58,126 bases of DNA, from NCBI GenBank assembly GCA_040755315.1, contig JBFMBF010000005.1, positions 1 to 58,126 of the forward strand, read 5' to 3'. The position numbers and the translations under genes are program-made. Below are positions 37,264 through 47,196 of this stretch, piece by piece. Position 1 is the stretch's first letter. Every line of letters starts with the position of its first letter. The notes below the pieces were generated by a model that was given only the letters and a program-made list of their open reading frames with translations, had not been told where the DNA came from and did not search any database. The stretch is from Candidatus Hadarchaeota archaeon. GTDB taxonomy: Archaea > Hadarchaeota > Hadarchaeia > Hadarchaeales > Hadarchaeaceae.

Positions 37264-38466
37264 TCACCGCCCCTTTGTTGAAACTATCTTTATAATGTCT
37301 CCATCGCGGAGTTTATAATCTTCGCCGAGCCTCATTTTCGTCCTCGCGTCCACGCCATGGAGAAATGAGTCGCCCAAGTCAGAATGTATCTTGTATGCAA
37401 ATTCTCGGACAGTTGTGCCATTCTTGACGAGAAAAGCATCGGGGAGGACGTTGCCATTCTTGTCGGTCAGCTTCTTTTCGTCGTCCACAGGGTAAACCAC
37501 TATCAACTGCAGCAGATCGGAAACTGCTTTGTCGATAACCTGCTGCACGCCAGTGGACTTCAGCTTCTCCAGCAGTGCCCTAATCTTTTCCAGGGCGCGC
37601 TTCTGATCCTCCTTCAGTACCTCTGGTTTTAGTATCTTGAAATCCGAATCGCCGGGAGTATAAGAAATTATTCCCTTCTCCGCTGCCCTCCTGAGGACAA
37701 GCTCAGCCTCAGAGCAGGTGGGGATGACAAGGTAATCCCGCTGCTTCAGTTTCTCTAGGTTTTTATCGGCCGTTGGAAAATCCGATTTGTTTGCCGCTAT
37801 CATTATCGGCTTGCTCAGTTTTCTCAGTTCATTCACAAACCGGAGCATGTCTTCTTCCGTCCATCTCTCCGGGTCCAAGCGGTCGAGCATTGCAATCCTG
37901 AAAGCCTCAAGAACGTGGGTCTCCTCGATACCTAGCCCGGCAAGCTTGGCGGTTATCTCCTTCGCCAGGTCGAGCTTCTGGTACTTCGCCCTCCTCGCGA
38001 AGTTGCTCCAGTCCTTCATCAAAATCCCACGCAGCCACATTGCTATCTCGGTCTCTAGAAAATCTATGTCTTGAACAGGGTCGTGTGTGCTGGGCGGGCA
38101 CGGCTTCCCTTCGGAGTCGGTCGCCCCTGCGGCGTCGACGATATGGATGAGTGCGGCAGCCATCCTGAGGTTGTCAAGGAACTTGTTCCCCAGTCCCCGT
38201 CCCATGTGGGCGCCCTCCACCAGGCCCGCCACATCAATTATCCTGACTGGCACGTATCTGGCCCCATCGACACATTTTGAATTTTGTGGATTGCACTTCA
38301 ACTTCTGATCTTGACACGGACATTTTCTTCTCACATAGGTTACTCCGACGTTGGCGTCGATTGTTGTGAAAGGATAGCCTGCCACTGGCGCGTTAGCCAA
38401 GGTGGCCGAGTTGAAAAAAGTGGTCTTGCCCGTGTTGGGTTTTCCGACCAGCCCCAACTCTATCAA
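37264..38466 (-). CDS. ychF: Obg-family ATPase YchF with TGS domain
   Basis: GKPNTGKTT, YPFTTI, DVAGL, G.GLGN.FL, IHSDL. Confidence 0.92.
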   Translation of the reverse strand: MIELGLVGKPNTGKTTFFNSATLANAPVAGYPFTTIDANVGVTYVRRKCPCQDQKLKCNPQNSKCVDGARYVPVRIIDVAGLVEGAHMGRGLGNKFLDNLRMAAALIHIVDAAGATDSEGKPCPPSTHDPVQDIDFLETEIAMWLRGILMKDWSNFARRAKYQKLDLAKEITAKLAGLGIEETHVLEAFRIAMLDRLDPERWTEEDMLRFVNELRKLSKPIMIAANKSDFPTADKNLEKLKQRDYLVIPTCSEAELVLRRAAEKGIISYTPGDSDFKILKPEVLKEDQKRALEKIRALLEKLKSTGVQQVIDKAVSDLLQLIVVYPVDDEKKLTDKNGNVLPDAFLVKNGTTVREFAYKIHSDLGDSFLHGVDARTKMRLGEDYKLRDGDIIKIVSTKGR

Positions 38467-38823
38467 TCAACCTTCTCCCCGCTCGTAGCAACCGGGCGCC
38501 TTTCTTTTGCCGAAGCTGTCTAGGCCCCGCTCAGTGAGCTGGGCCCGAAGCTGCTTGGCGTATTCCGGTTTTATCTCGGCCTTCAACTCCAAGAAGCTTA
38601 TTATCTCAAGGGCCTGCTCCTTCGTCTTGCAACGCCTGATGAAATCTATCGCGGTCGGCTCATACCCTTCGTAGAAATGGTCTGCCATCACATGGTTCGC
38701 AGCCTTCTCCGCCTCCTCAACCGAACTCCTCACAGAATGAATATTTACAGTTTTTACGCATTCAAGCTCGTTGGCCAAGTTTGGGTATTTCTTCTTAAAA
38801 TCCTCATTCGCCTTTTTCGCCAC
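38467..38823 (-). CDS. DUF2095-like archaeal protein
   Basis: FKKKYPNLA.EL, GY.PT.IDFIRRC, G.K.PG.Y. Confidence 0.75.
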   Translation of the reverse strand: MAKKANEDFKKKYPNLANELECVKTVNIHSVRSSVEEAEKAANHVMADHFYEGYEPTAIDFIRRCKTKEQALEIISFLELKAEIKPEYAKQLRAQLTERGLDSFGKRKAPGCYERGEG

Positions 38824-40123
38824 GTTTTTCCCCGCCTTTCCAGAGCTTCTTTCTCATCAAAGGTTTTGTGAAAACGAGTGTGTTGGGTAGTATGTCCTCG
38901 TAGACGACTGTGCCCGGCCCCACTGCAGAGTCTGGGCCTATTTTCACTCCAACGTTTATCGTGCAGTTTATACCTGTCTTGACATTGTCAGCAATTATCG
39001 TTCCCAGCTTCCTTCTCCCGCTGCTCACAACTTTTCCCCCGACTTCCATCTTCACCGGCTTCTCGTCCAAGCGCAAGTTCGCGATGGTGGTCCCAGCCCC
39101 GAGGTTGCAGTTGCTTCCGACCACACTGTCTCCCACGTAGGAGAGGTGCCCGATGTTAGTGTGGTCCATTATTATGGAGTTCTTGACCTCGACGGCGTTG
39201 CCAATCCTCACGCTGTCGCCAATGCTCGTGCTCTGTCGCACAAAGCAATTGGGTCCTATGTCACAATTTTTCCCTATGAAAGTCGGCCCCAGTATATATG
39301 AGCCTGAGCGTATGACGGTGCCCTCTCCGACGTAGACATTGCTAGCCACATTGGCGCCGACTTCTATCCTGCCGTGGATTTCGCCCTTCATCCCTCGCAG
39401 GAAGTACTCGTTCGCCACAAGGAGGTCCCAGGGCCTCCCGATGTCCGTCCACATCTGAAGTGGTGAAGTGTAGATTGATTTTCCCCCCTTAATCATGATT
39501 TGCATTGAAGTCGGAAGCTCGTATTCCCCCCGTGCGGATTTCTTTGTGTGTTTTATGGCGTCGAAGATGGCCGGGTCGAAGATAAATATGCCGGCGTTCG
39601 CGAGCCTGCTTTTTGACCTCTTGGGTTTTTCCACGATTTCGCTGACTTTCTCTCCCTTCATGAAAACAATGCCAAACTGCTCGGGCTCGTCCACCTCTAT
39701 AGTCGCCATGAGCCCGCCGAAGTCTTCCCTCTTAGCCAGTTCTTGGTATCTCTTTTTGAAAGACGCTAGAGACTCCTGGTCGACCAAGGTGTCGCCGTTT
39801 ATCACGAGGAATCTTTCACCTCCGATGAAGTCTTCTGCGAGAGAAAGGGCGTTGGAGGTTCCAAGCAGCTTTTCCTGGTATCTGTACTCTATTTTCAGGC
39901 CGAACTTTGTACCGTCTCCATACCTACCCATTATCTGATCTTTCCCAAAACCGACCACCATCACAAGCTGGTCCACCCCAAGCTGCTTTATGAGGAAAAG
40001 GACATGGTCGAGCGCCGGTTTTCCTGCAACCGAGAGTAGGAACTTCGGCTTGGTGAAAGTCAAGGGGCGCATCCTTGTCCCGAGACCCGCCGCAAGGACC
40101 ACTGCCTTCAATTTTCCACCCAT
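38804..40123 (-). CDS. glmU: Bifunctional sugar-1-phosphate nucleotidyltransferase/acetyltransferase
   Basis: LAAGLGTRMRPLT..KPK, hexapeptide repeats, HLSYVGDS, GRRKLG. Confidence 0.9.
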   Translation of the reverse strand: MGGKLKAVVLAAGLGTRMRPLTFTKPKFLLSVAGKPALDHVLFLIKQLGVDQLVMVVGFGKDQIMGRYGDGTKFGLKIEYRYQEKLLGTSNALSLAEDFIGGERFLVINGDTLVDQESLASFKKRYQELAKREDFGGLMATIEVDEPEQFGIVFMKGEKVSEIVEKPKRSKSRLANAGIFIFDPAIFDAIKHTKKSARGEYELPTSMQIMIKGGKSIYTSPLQMWTDIGRPWDLLVANEYFLRGMKGEIHGRIEVGANVASNVYVGEGTVIRSGSYILGPTFIGKNCDIGPNCFVRQSTSIGDSVRIGNAVEVKNSIIMDHTNIGHLSYVGDSVVGSNCNLGAGTTIANLRLDEKPVKMEVGGKVVSSGRRKLGTIIADNVKTGINCTINVGVKIGPDSAVGPGTVVYEDILPNTLVFTKPLMRKKLWKGGEKRGEKGE

Positions 40124-40257
40124 ATGATTGATGGCGGCGGGGATAAAAACTTGAATACCGCCAAACCGCCCGGGGGCGCTTGTTTTTTTCCTTATAAACC
40201 CCGGTCACCCAAAGCTTCGGAGGGAAATTGTGTACACTAAACCAAGTGAAAGAAAAA

Positions 40258-40349
40258 CCTGGATAATCCGGGATAGCCCGCTCCTCCGCCAACCCTGCAA
40301 AGGGTGAAGAGGGAGAAATCCGGGTTCAAATCCCACCGGGCCCGCGCCA
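40258..40349 (+). pseudogene. Degenerate tRNA-like or structured RNA element
   Basis: GGGTTCAAATCCC T-loop, AAATC variable-like segment, ...GCCA end, ACCCT-GCAA-AGGGT hairpin; no matching 5' acceptor strand found. Confidence 0.4.
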
Positions 40350-40351
40350 CC

Positions 40352-41698
40352 CTATTCCAAAGATTTCAAAATTTTCACTGCTTTTCCGGCAATTTTTCTT
40401 GCCCGTCTGACAGTTTTTCCCTCCGCTGTCACCCTAATGTAAGGCTCAGTCCCAGATGGCCTGACCAGAACCCAACCGTCCCTGAACTCGACCCTGACGC
40501 CGTCCACGGTAGATGCCTTGAAGGCACCCGGGAGCTTCCGCAGCCTCGGAGCGAGTTTTTTTATGACGCTGGCCTTTCGCTCGTTCGGGCAGGCAACCTT
40601 CTCCCTGACTGTGGGGTAGTCGGGTAACCCATCCGACAGCTCCGAGAGTTTTTTGCCGGTGGTTGCTAGCATCTGCAAGATTTTTGCCGCACCAAATGGC
40701 CCGTCCGGCGCGAACTGGAACTCTGGAAAAATCCAGGCCCCGCTGGGCTCCCCTCCAAAAACCGCCCGGCGTTTTTTGACGGCCTCCGCCACGCTCACAT
40801 CGCCGACCCGCGTCCTTACGACTTTTCCGCCCTCCGCCTTCACGGCCTTGTCCAAGACGCTGGACGCGTCTACTGTCGTCACCACAGTCTGGCCCTTTCT
40901 TCGGAGCTGGAATGCCGAAATCAGGGCGAGGAGCTTGTCCTCTTTCACGAAGCGCCCCTTTTCATCAACGGCGGCCACGCGGTCGGCGTCTCCGTCGTGG
41001 GCCAGACCAATGTCCGCCCCAACAGACTTCACCATCCCGGCCAGTTCCTTCAAGTTAAATTCATTTGGCTCAAGCCCTCTTCCTGGGAAGTGGCCATCAG
41101 GGTTGCAGTTTATGCTGATGACTTCGCAGCCCATCCTCCTCAGGAGCACAGGAGTCACGGCGGAGGCGGCCCCGTTGCCACAGTCGACCACGACCTTGAA
41201 CTCTTTGGAAAGCTTGACCGCCCCGGCGATTGCGTCGATGTAACTTGGGATGATGTCATCAGCTCCGGCGCCTCCAATTTCCCGCCATTCGACGCGCCCC
41301 CATGACTCTTGAGAGTAAATGATTTCTATTTTTTTCTCAAGCTTCGGAGTGTAAGCCATCCCTTTCGAGTCCCATAGCTTCATCCCGTTGTATTCAGGGG
41401 GGTTGTGAGAAGCCGTTATCATTACTCCGGCGTTTGCTTTCAGACTTCTGACTGCAAAACTCACTGCAGGAGTGGGAACTATCCCCAGCCTTACGACATC
41501 ACACCCCCCAGAGAGTAGGCCGGAAATGACGCTGCTCTCCAGCATCTCCCCCGATGTCCTTGGGTCCCTTCCAACCACCACTCGCCCAGAGTTCCCGATT
41601 TGCGATGCCAGCGCCAGCCCCAATCGCATGGTGAACTCGGGCGTGATTTCCTTGCCGACCAAGCCCCTGACGCCGGAGGTTCCGAAGAGCTTTTCCAT
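40352..41698 (-). CDS. glmM: Phosphoglucosamine mutase / phosphohexomutase
   Basis: FGTSGVRG, ITASHNP, DGDADR, GGEPSG, RPSGTEP. Confidence 0.92.
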   Translation of the reverse strand: MEKLFGTSGVRGLVGKEITPEFTMRLGLALASQIGNSGRVVVGRDPRTSGEMLESSVISGLLSGGCDVVRLGIVPTPAVSFAVRSLKANAGVMITASHNPPEYNGMKLWDSKGMAYTPKLEKKIEIIYSQESWGRVEWREIGGAGADDIIPSYIDAIAGAVKLSKEFKVVVDCGNGAASAVTPVLLRRMGCEVISINCNPDGHFPGRGLEPNEFNLKELAGMVKSVGADIGLAHDGDADRVAAVDEKGRFVKEDKLLALISAFQLRRKGQTVVTTVDASSVLDKAVKAEGGKVVRTRVGDVSVAEAVKKRRAVFGGEPSGAWIFPEFQFAPDGPFGAAKILQMLATTGKKLSELSDGLPDYPTVREKVACPNERKASVIKKLAPRLRKLPGAFKASTVDGVRVEFRDGWVLVRPSGTEPYIRVTAEGKTVRRARKIAGKAVKILKSLE

Positions 41699-41709
41699 AA
41701 AAACCGTCG

Positions 41710-42294
41710 CTAAGCGGGCTCGCCCACTACCTTGCTTTTGTAGACCTCAACCCGCCTGATGGGGCAGAACTTTTTCGCCTCCTTGTAAATGTCAGAAGAA
41801 AGCTTTCCGAGCACGACCTCTTGAACGAACTGTTCGAACGTTCTCTCCTTTCCTTTTGTTACCAGAACTTCCCCAATGACTTTTCTTATGGCATGTATCT
41901 TTGAACTCTGCGTCTTCCTGAGGGTAGTCACCATAGTCCTGAGGCGAATCTTGTAGCCGTCCTTGGTGATCACGAGTGAGATGTTATCTGCCTTCCCGCC
42001 CCGTCTCCTGATCTGGCTCTGAATATAGTCCCTGATCATCTCATGGCCGATGAACCCCGTTACTCCTTTCTTTTCTTCAACTTTTTTCACCTGGAAAAAT
42101 AGTTTGACATGCGCCTTTGAAACGTCGTCTATGAGTTCTCCAAGCGTGGTTTCAAACACCCTAGCCGTAAGCTTGGACGGATTGGTCGCAGGGCTTTCCC
42201 CCAACCTCGTACCGCCAAACATCGACGGGGCGAATATCTCATACCACGCCTTTTCTTTCCATGGCTTTACAAGCCGCTTCTTTTTCTCTGCCAT
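41710..42294 (-). CDS. rps3ae: 30S ribosomal protein S3Ae (eS1)
   Basis: WKEK.WY.I.AP.MF, RVFETTL, PIRRVEV.KS. Confidence 0.95.
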   Translation of the reverse strand: MAEKKKRLVKPWKEKAWYEIFAPSMFGGTRLGESPATNPSKLTARVFETTLGELIDDVSKAHVKLFFQVKKVEEKKGVTGFIGHEMIRDYIQSQIRRRGGKADNISLVITKDGYKIRLRTMVTTLRKTQSSKIHAIRKVIGEVLVTKGKERTFEQFVQEVVLGKLSSDIYKEAKKFCPIRRVEVYKSKVVGEPA

Positions 42295-43793
42295 TACTCG
42301 GTCACCTTCACAGGAGATGGTAGAGGTTCTACCCTCTTCCTGACTGGCTCCGGCCAGTGGTACGGGTCAAAGCCGTGCTGGGCCAGGAACCCCACGACCC
42401 AGCGGCTCGTTCCGAACCCACAACAGCCGGTCCATACCTCCCGCCCCTTGACCTCTTTTATCTTAAAAGTTTCCGTGAACTTGGTTTTATGAGCGTTGTA
42501 CGACCCTATCTCAAGCCACTTCCCGCTGTAAGGCAGGAGAACCTCGAGGTCGTATGTGGCCACCTTCCTGCTGTCACTAGTGTCTGTGGTTTCGCCCTCC
42601 TTCATGTAAAAAGGCGTGGCGACCGGCACCCTCCACTCCAGCCCAAGCTTTTCAACCAGCTTTATGCTTCTTTCCACCACTTCGTCCCTTATTGAAACAA
42701 CATCGTCGGGCGAGCCGAGCGTCACAAGCTCTATGCGCCGGAACTCCTGCGTACGTATGAGTCCCTCTACTCCGCCGCCCTCCCAACGGTAGGTCCACCC
42801 GCTCATGTCGTAGAGCTTCACGGGCAGCTTCCCAAGGTCGACATACTTTGAAGCGAAGATCTGGTAGAAAGGCTCACACTGGGCCGGGGCGAGCACATAG
42901 GCCGGATCCTTAACTACTTTTTTGAGTTCACCAGTGGGGATTTTTTTGGTTAGTTTGAGCTCTTTTTTGAAGTCCTCGAAAGCCTCTGGGTCCCTTGGCG
43001 GCGGGCAAATGTAGTACATCCCCTCTGGAACCCCGTCGAGGTAGCCAGGCATCCTCTGCATCACCTCCAGAGGGATGAGCTTAGGGAACAGCGCCTCGCT
43101 GAAGCCGAGTGGGGCCGCCACATCGTCGACAATCAACTCCTCAAGTGCACGAATCAGCTTGGCATATGGTTCGGTGTAGATCCACTGTCCCCGACCGGGG
43201 AAGTTGACGAGCCAGCCTAGCTTTTGCGCGACCAGGAATGGATCTTCCTTGAACGGGTGCTTGAGTTCTTTTCCACTTTTTGCTATTTTGAGCTCGGCTG
43301 CCTTCGGCGGGGCTTTTGCAAGCGCCTCCTCGATCGCTGATATCAGCCTGTCGACCACCCTGCCCCTCACTTGGGTCTCGGCCAAGTTCTCAAGCTTAAC
43401 ATCTACTGTTTCCCTGCCGATTTTTCCTCCGAGTTTTTCTATTTCTTTCCTCGCCTCGCCGGAAACTTCCTTTGCAGGGATGCTGATGTGGTAGCGCGAG
43501 GCGGCGACCTCTCTCAATCCCAGCTTGTGTTTTTTACCAAGCTCTTCGGAAAGGGCCTTTGCTATCCTGAGCAAGGCATCGTGCGCCCTCACGTAGCGCC
43601 CGGACTTTATCTCCAACTCAAGGCTTTTTCCTGAAGCCTGCCACTTGACTATCCTGGCGGCCTCGCCTTCCTTCCCCTTTGGCGTGCCCTTTAGGAGGAT
43701 GGGCTCCATCCGATCGAGCGCTGCTTTCAGCTCCCCCGAGAGCTTTTCCACCTCACCGCTGAAGGTGAGCCTGCCTACTAGTTCAAACTCCAT
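42294..43793 (-). CDS. serS: Seryl-tRNA synthetase, methanogen-type
   Basis: SGRYVRAHDALLR, FPGRGQW, APAQCEPFY, RWEGGG, EF.RIE, WTGCCGFG. Confidence 0.92.
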   Translation of the reverse strand: MEFELVGRLTFSGEVEKLSGELKAALDRMEPILLKGTPKGKEGEAARIVKWQASGKSLELEIKSGRYVRAHDALLRIAKALSEELGKKHKLGLREVAASRYHISIPAKEVSGEARKEIEKLGGKIGRETVDVKLENLAETQVRGRVVDRLISAIEEALAKAPPKAAELKIAKSGKELKHPFKEDPFLVAQKLGWLVNFPGRGQWIYTEPYAKLIRALEELIVDDVAAPLGFSEALFPKLIPLEVMQRMPGYLDGVPEGMYYICPPPRDPEAFEDFKKELKLTKKIPTGELKKVVKDPAYVLAPAQCEPFYQIFASKYVDLGKLPVKLYDMSGWTYRWEGGGVEGLIRTQEFRRIELVTLGSPDDVVSIRDEVVERSIKLVEKLGLEWRVPVATPFYMKEGETTDTSDSRKVATYDLEVLLPYSGKWLEIGSYNAHKTKFTETFKIKEVKGREVWTGCCGFGTSRWVVGFLAQHGFDPYHWPEPVRKRVEPLPSPVKVTE

Positions 43794-43824
43794 TCAACCG
43801 CCAAACCCTAGGTGATTTTAAAGC

Positions 43825-44058
43825 TTAAAGCATGTTTTCCGCGGCGCTCGTGCATGCCAAGAGGTCATCGAGAGTGGAAATCAGCGTCTCTATCTTTCCG
43901 TCCAGCTCTACCCAGGTTACCACTCGCCTGCCGACCACCTTTGTTAATATCTTCATCCCGCGCGGCGCCGGTAGGTTGTCCGGCCCGATTGCTCTGGCCA
44001 CGGCATTGGAAACTTTCTCGTCGCCATAGTCACAAAAAATCTCGGCTTTGATTTTCAT
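43825..44058 (-). CDS. Pcc1-like paralog (Pcc2)
   Basis: A..I.PDN, TL.STLDDLL.C...AE; position before serS/rps3ae. Confidence 0.8.
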   Translation of the reverse strand: MKIKAEIFCDYGDEKVSNAVARAIGPDNLPAPRGMKILTKVVGRRVVTWVELDGKIETLISTLDDLLACTSAAENML

Positions 44059-44062
44059 GAAA

Positions 44063-45328
44063 TCAGAAAGTCCCGGGCCTGACCGTCCCTATCTCCTCTC
44101 CAGTCGGCCGGACCTTCATAGACCCAAACTGTACGGCCGCCACTTTCGCGGCGTCATTCACCGGGGTAGTTATGATAATCTGTCCCCGTTCGAAGTTAAT
44201 CCTATCTATTACCCCCAGCCCCAGCATCTCGTTCTCATCGTCCACAAGCCCGACAATAACGTTCTGCTCGGCCCCAGCTTTTATAACCCTCGCCGGGCCG
44301 AATTTTAACTCCAGCTCCTTGACGGCGTTTTCATTCATCTTGCCTTTTGTAACCAGGACAAGGCCTTCCGGTATTTTCTCCGCGTAAATAACCTGTCTCC
44401 CAAGGTCCGATGGGTTGAGCGGAACCCCCGTCTTCAGGTAGGTGCGCTCAAACCTCACCCGCTTCATGTCCAGCACGAGCTTCCCTGCCCCCTCAAAGGA
44501 CTTCCCCAAAAGCATCGCCCTCAGATTCGATCTTTCTACGGGTGTTCGGGACCTGATTTTTGTAGAGACAGATAGCCGCCTTATCTTTTTGGGAGAAATG
44601 GAAGCCAAGAGGTGCTCCAGCTCGGTGCTTCTCTGGAGGGCTATCACGAGGTCCGGGTTAATCAGCTCCTCGACATGGGACTGGAGAGACCTGCCCGGCC
44701 CCCCGAATGTCATCCCTGGAGTGTTGACGATGACCATGTCTGCTTTTTCCAGCCCCCCTTCCACTAGCCACTTCATCCCGACGACGAACTCGAGGGTGTG
44801 GCCAGCCGGAGACATTGACCCAACAAAGTAAGTTTTTTTTGTCGGTACCTCGTAAAGCAGGGCCACCGGTCGCTCAAATATCCCAAGCCCCATTGTGGTC
44901 GGAGGACCTATGTCGGCCTGTCCGACATCGCTATCCACCGCGCCCATTTTGATCCCGTGCCTTAGGAGAGTGTTTCCAACGTATGTCGTCAAGAAAGTTT
45001 TGCCTACGTCGACATTGCCTATTACTAAAATTACCTTGGGTCTTGTCTGGACAATCTCCGCGATGAGAGCATCCCACTCCTTCGGTATAGTCCTTCCCGG
45101 GAGTTGCTCGACCTTTGCGTCTGCCCCTGGTGTATAGTCTATCAAAGTTTCAGACTCTGCCTCCATTGGCACGGATTTCGCGCGAGGGATGACCACCGTG
45201 TCACCCCTCTCCCGGAGCCCGCCGCTGATCGAGACCTTGCCCGATTTCACCTCAAGGCTGAGCTGTCCCTCCATCCTGTAAACTTCTCCGGGTTTTAGTG
45301 ACAGCTGCGGCACTTCACTCCTCCTCAA
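44063..45328 (-). CDS. Clp1/Grc3-family polynucleotide 5'-kinase
   Basis: GNVDVGKT, DSDVGQADIGPPTT, VGSMSP, NTPG; extra N- and C-terminal beta-rich domains; start may be GTG at 45313. Confidence 0.88.
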   Translation of the reverse strand: MRRSEVPQLSLKPGEVYRMEGQLSLEVKSGKVSISGGLRERGDTVVIPRAKSVPMEAESETLIDYTPGADAKVEQLPGRTIPKEWDALIAEIVQTRPKVILVIGNVDVGKTFLTTYVGNTLLRHGIKMGAVDSDVGQADIGPPTTMGLGIFERPVALLYEVPTKKTYFVGSMSPAGHTLEFVVGMKWLVEGGLEKADMVIVNTPGMTFGGPGRSLQSHVEELINPDLVIALQRSTELEHLLASISPKKIRRLSVSTKIRSRTPVERSNLRAMLLGKSFEGAGKLVLDMKRVRFERTYLKTGVPLNPSDLGRQVIYAEKIPEGLVLVTKGKMNENAVKELELKFGPARVIKAGAEQNVIVGLVDDENEMLGLGVIDRINFERGQIIITTPVNDAAKVAAVQFGSMKVRPTGEEIGTVRPGTF

Positions 45329-45740
45329 AATTGAGCGACGGCCATTCCTTGGCCAAGAGCTCTCTAGATATGCGCTTGATATCTTCGACCGAGTCTTTTC
45401 CCACCACGAGCTTCTCAGGAATTACAGTTGCTGTGAGCTTGTAGGACTCGGCAAGCCTGATTTCGGTGGGCGTGATTTCCGCTATTTTCCCATAGACTGT
45501 ACTGCCATCTTTCAGGTTTAGGAGGACTTCTGTCCCCTCCTCAAGCTTTCCCATCTCGGCCGGCTGGATGACCTTAGGGAGGAGCATGGAGATTATTCCA
45601 GGGTAGATTGGGACCTTTTTGTAAATATCTCTAAATTCGGAGAAAATAGCATCTAGGGCGGCGGGATTACCCTGATACTTTTCGACAAGCTCAACCAGGA
45701 GCTCCACAAGCCTCTGAAATTCAGTTTCCTCCAGCGTCAA
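45315..45740 (-). CDS. Hypothetical protein with helical N-terminus and Sm-like C-terminal domain
   Basis: GTEVLLNLKDGSTVYGKIAEI...IRL resembles Sm1. Confidence 0.55.
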   Translation of the reverse strand: MTLEETEFQRLVELLVELVEKYQGNPAALDAIFSEFRDIYKKVPIYPGIISMLLPKVIQPAEMGKLEEGTEVLLNLKDGSTVYGKIAEITPTEIRLAESYKLTATVIPEKLVVGKDSVEDIKRISRELLAKEWPSLNFEEE

Positions 45741-45792
45741 TCAGACCACATTTTTACTAATTTCGGGGGTTTAAAAATAGCAACTTTTTGAG

Positions 45793-47196
45793 TTAGTGTA
45801 TTCCATCTAGGCCCAACTTGGCCGCCTTTTCTACTTCTTCTTGGCTTGCCTTGCCGCTGTCCAGCGCCTTCGCCAGCTCAGCTACCTCACCCATGACAAA
45901 AAGAAGCTCGTGCATGACTGCGTACATGGGGGTTGGTTTGTCCGCAAGAAGCTCGGCCGCCCTAGCGTGGCCACCGCCTCCGATTCCCTTGCGATTTGGG
46001 TATCGCTCCTGCAGCCTTGTTGCCAGTTGGAAACACAGCTTCCCGCAGTTCACCAGCCCACCGCCGCCCCTCATGGAGATATGGATGCCTTTTTCTTTCG
46101 GGCTGAAGACTATTACCATCGCGTGGACGTGACCCCCGGCCCGCTTCATTTTTTCCAGCCTTGTGGAGGCCACAAACGGTAGGATGGCCGGGAACGGGGC
46201 AGAGTTCATGGACTCCGCCTCCTTTGCAAATATCATGTAAACTCCAACGCCTCGGACTTCCCCAAGAAACACCTCGTTTTCCGCCCTTTTTTCTAGCACT
46301 GCCCAATCGGCCTTGTACTGCCTGAAGACCTTGTTGATTATCCGCCCCTTGGGCATGTCCCCGAGAAACTTTTCAACGCTTGAGAACCCCGATGGATTTT
46401 CTCCACGCTGGACGAGTTCAATAAGGAAGTCATGGACGAGCGACGGGCCGTAAATGTCATCGGTACCAATGGCGCGGTTGTAAAGGTGGGCCAAACAACC
46501 TGAATGGAAAACCTCACCCATCTGGTTTACTAGGGCCGTCCGCTCGCGGTCTATCAGTTCATACATGGTCGGTTCTCCAACTTTGACGTCGAATGCAAGC
46601 GGGAACTTTTCCCGCGCCATCTCTATGAACGGCTTCGCGAAATCGTTGGTCGTCCCCTCCACAGGGTCAAACGCGAAATCCCCCCTGCACCCGAGGAGTG
46701 CCGCGAAGTCGTCGTAAATGTCTGACACTCCCAGCTTGGTCGCGAGCGCGTGGCATAGCAGGGAAGCCGAGGCGGCGTACTCGGAGACCTCAACAGTCGG
46801 ATTGAACAAGGTGCATTTGCTCGGCCTTCCATCGAGCTGGTGGTGGTCGATGATGAGGATGTTGTCGATGTGCTTGAGTAGGTCGTCGTAGACTTCGAAG
46901 GTTCCCTTGTCGGAAATGACCAAAAGATCGAACTTGCCCTTTTTTTCCAATGCATCCACAAGCGCTTCCTCCCACAGCTTGAAGTGCTGCGGCATTTCTG
47001 TGACAACTTTGGCGCCGCAGTAGCGCTCGAAAATCCTTCTTAGGATAAAAGCGCTCGTTATCCCGTCGGTGTCGTGGTGGGAGAAGTTCAGAACCCGCAG
47101 GCCCTCGCGCTTTCTCATCCTGTCAATCATCCCTATGGCTGCCGGGAACCCCGGAACCGTTTCATGCAACCTCTGCACGAACTCTTCGTAGCTCAA
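45793..47196 (-). CDS. Divergent DHH-family phosphoesterase
   Basis: SHHDTDG, SDKG, IIDHH, GCRGD, GGGGHARAA. Confidence 0.8.
   Translation of the reverse strand: MSYEEFVQRLHETVPGFPAAIGMIDRMRKREGLRVLNFSHHDTDGITSAFILRRIFERYCGAKVVTEMPQHFKLWEEALVDALEKKGKFDLLVISDKGTFEVYDDLLKHIDNILIIDHHQLDGRPSKCTLFNPTVEVSEYAASASLLCHALATKLGVSDIYDDFAALLGCRGDFAFDPVEGTTNDFAKPFIEMAREKFPLAFDVKVGEPTMYELIDRERTALVNQMGEVFHSGCLAHLYNRAIGTDDIYGPSLVHDFLIELVQRGENPSGFSSVEKFLGDMPKGRIINKVFRQYKADWAVLEKRAENEVFLGEVRGVGVYMIFAKEAESMNSAPFPAILPFVASTRLEKMKRAGGHVHAMVIVFSPKEKGIHISMRGGGGLVNCGKLCFQLATRLQERYPNRKGIGGGGHARAAELLADKPTPMYAVMHELLFVMGEVAELAKALDSGKASQEEVEKAAKLGLDGIH

Noticed and set aside
39924..40292. 122-aa ORF upstream of glmU
   Set aside because: Out-of-frame overlap with glmU and the tRNA-like element; no motifs.
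43825..44058. Second Pcc1 copy as a novelty
   Set aside because: Pcc1/Pcc2 paralog pairs are already described in archaea.
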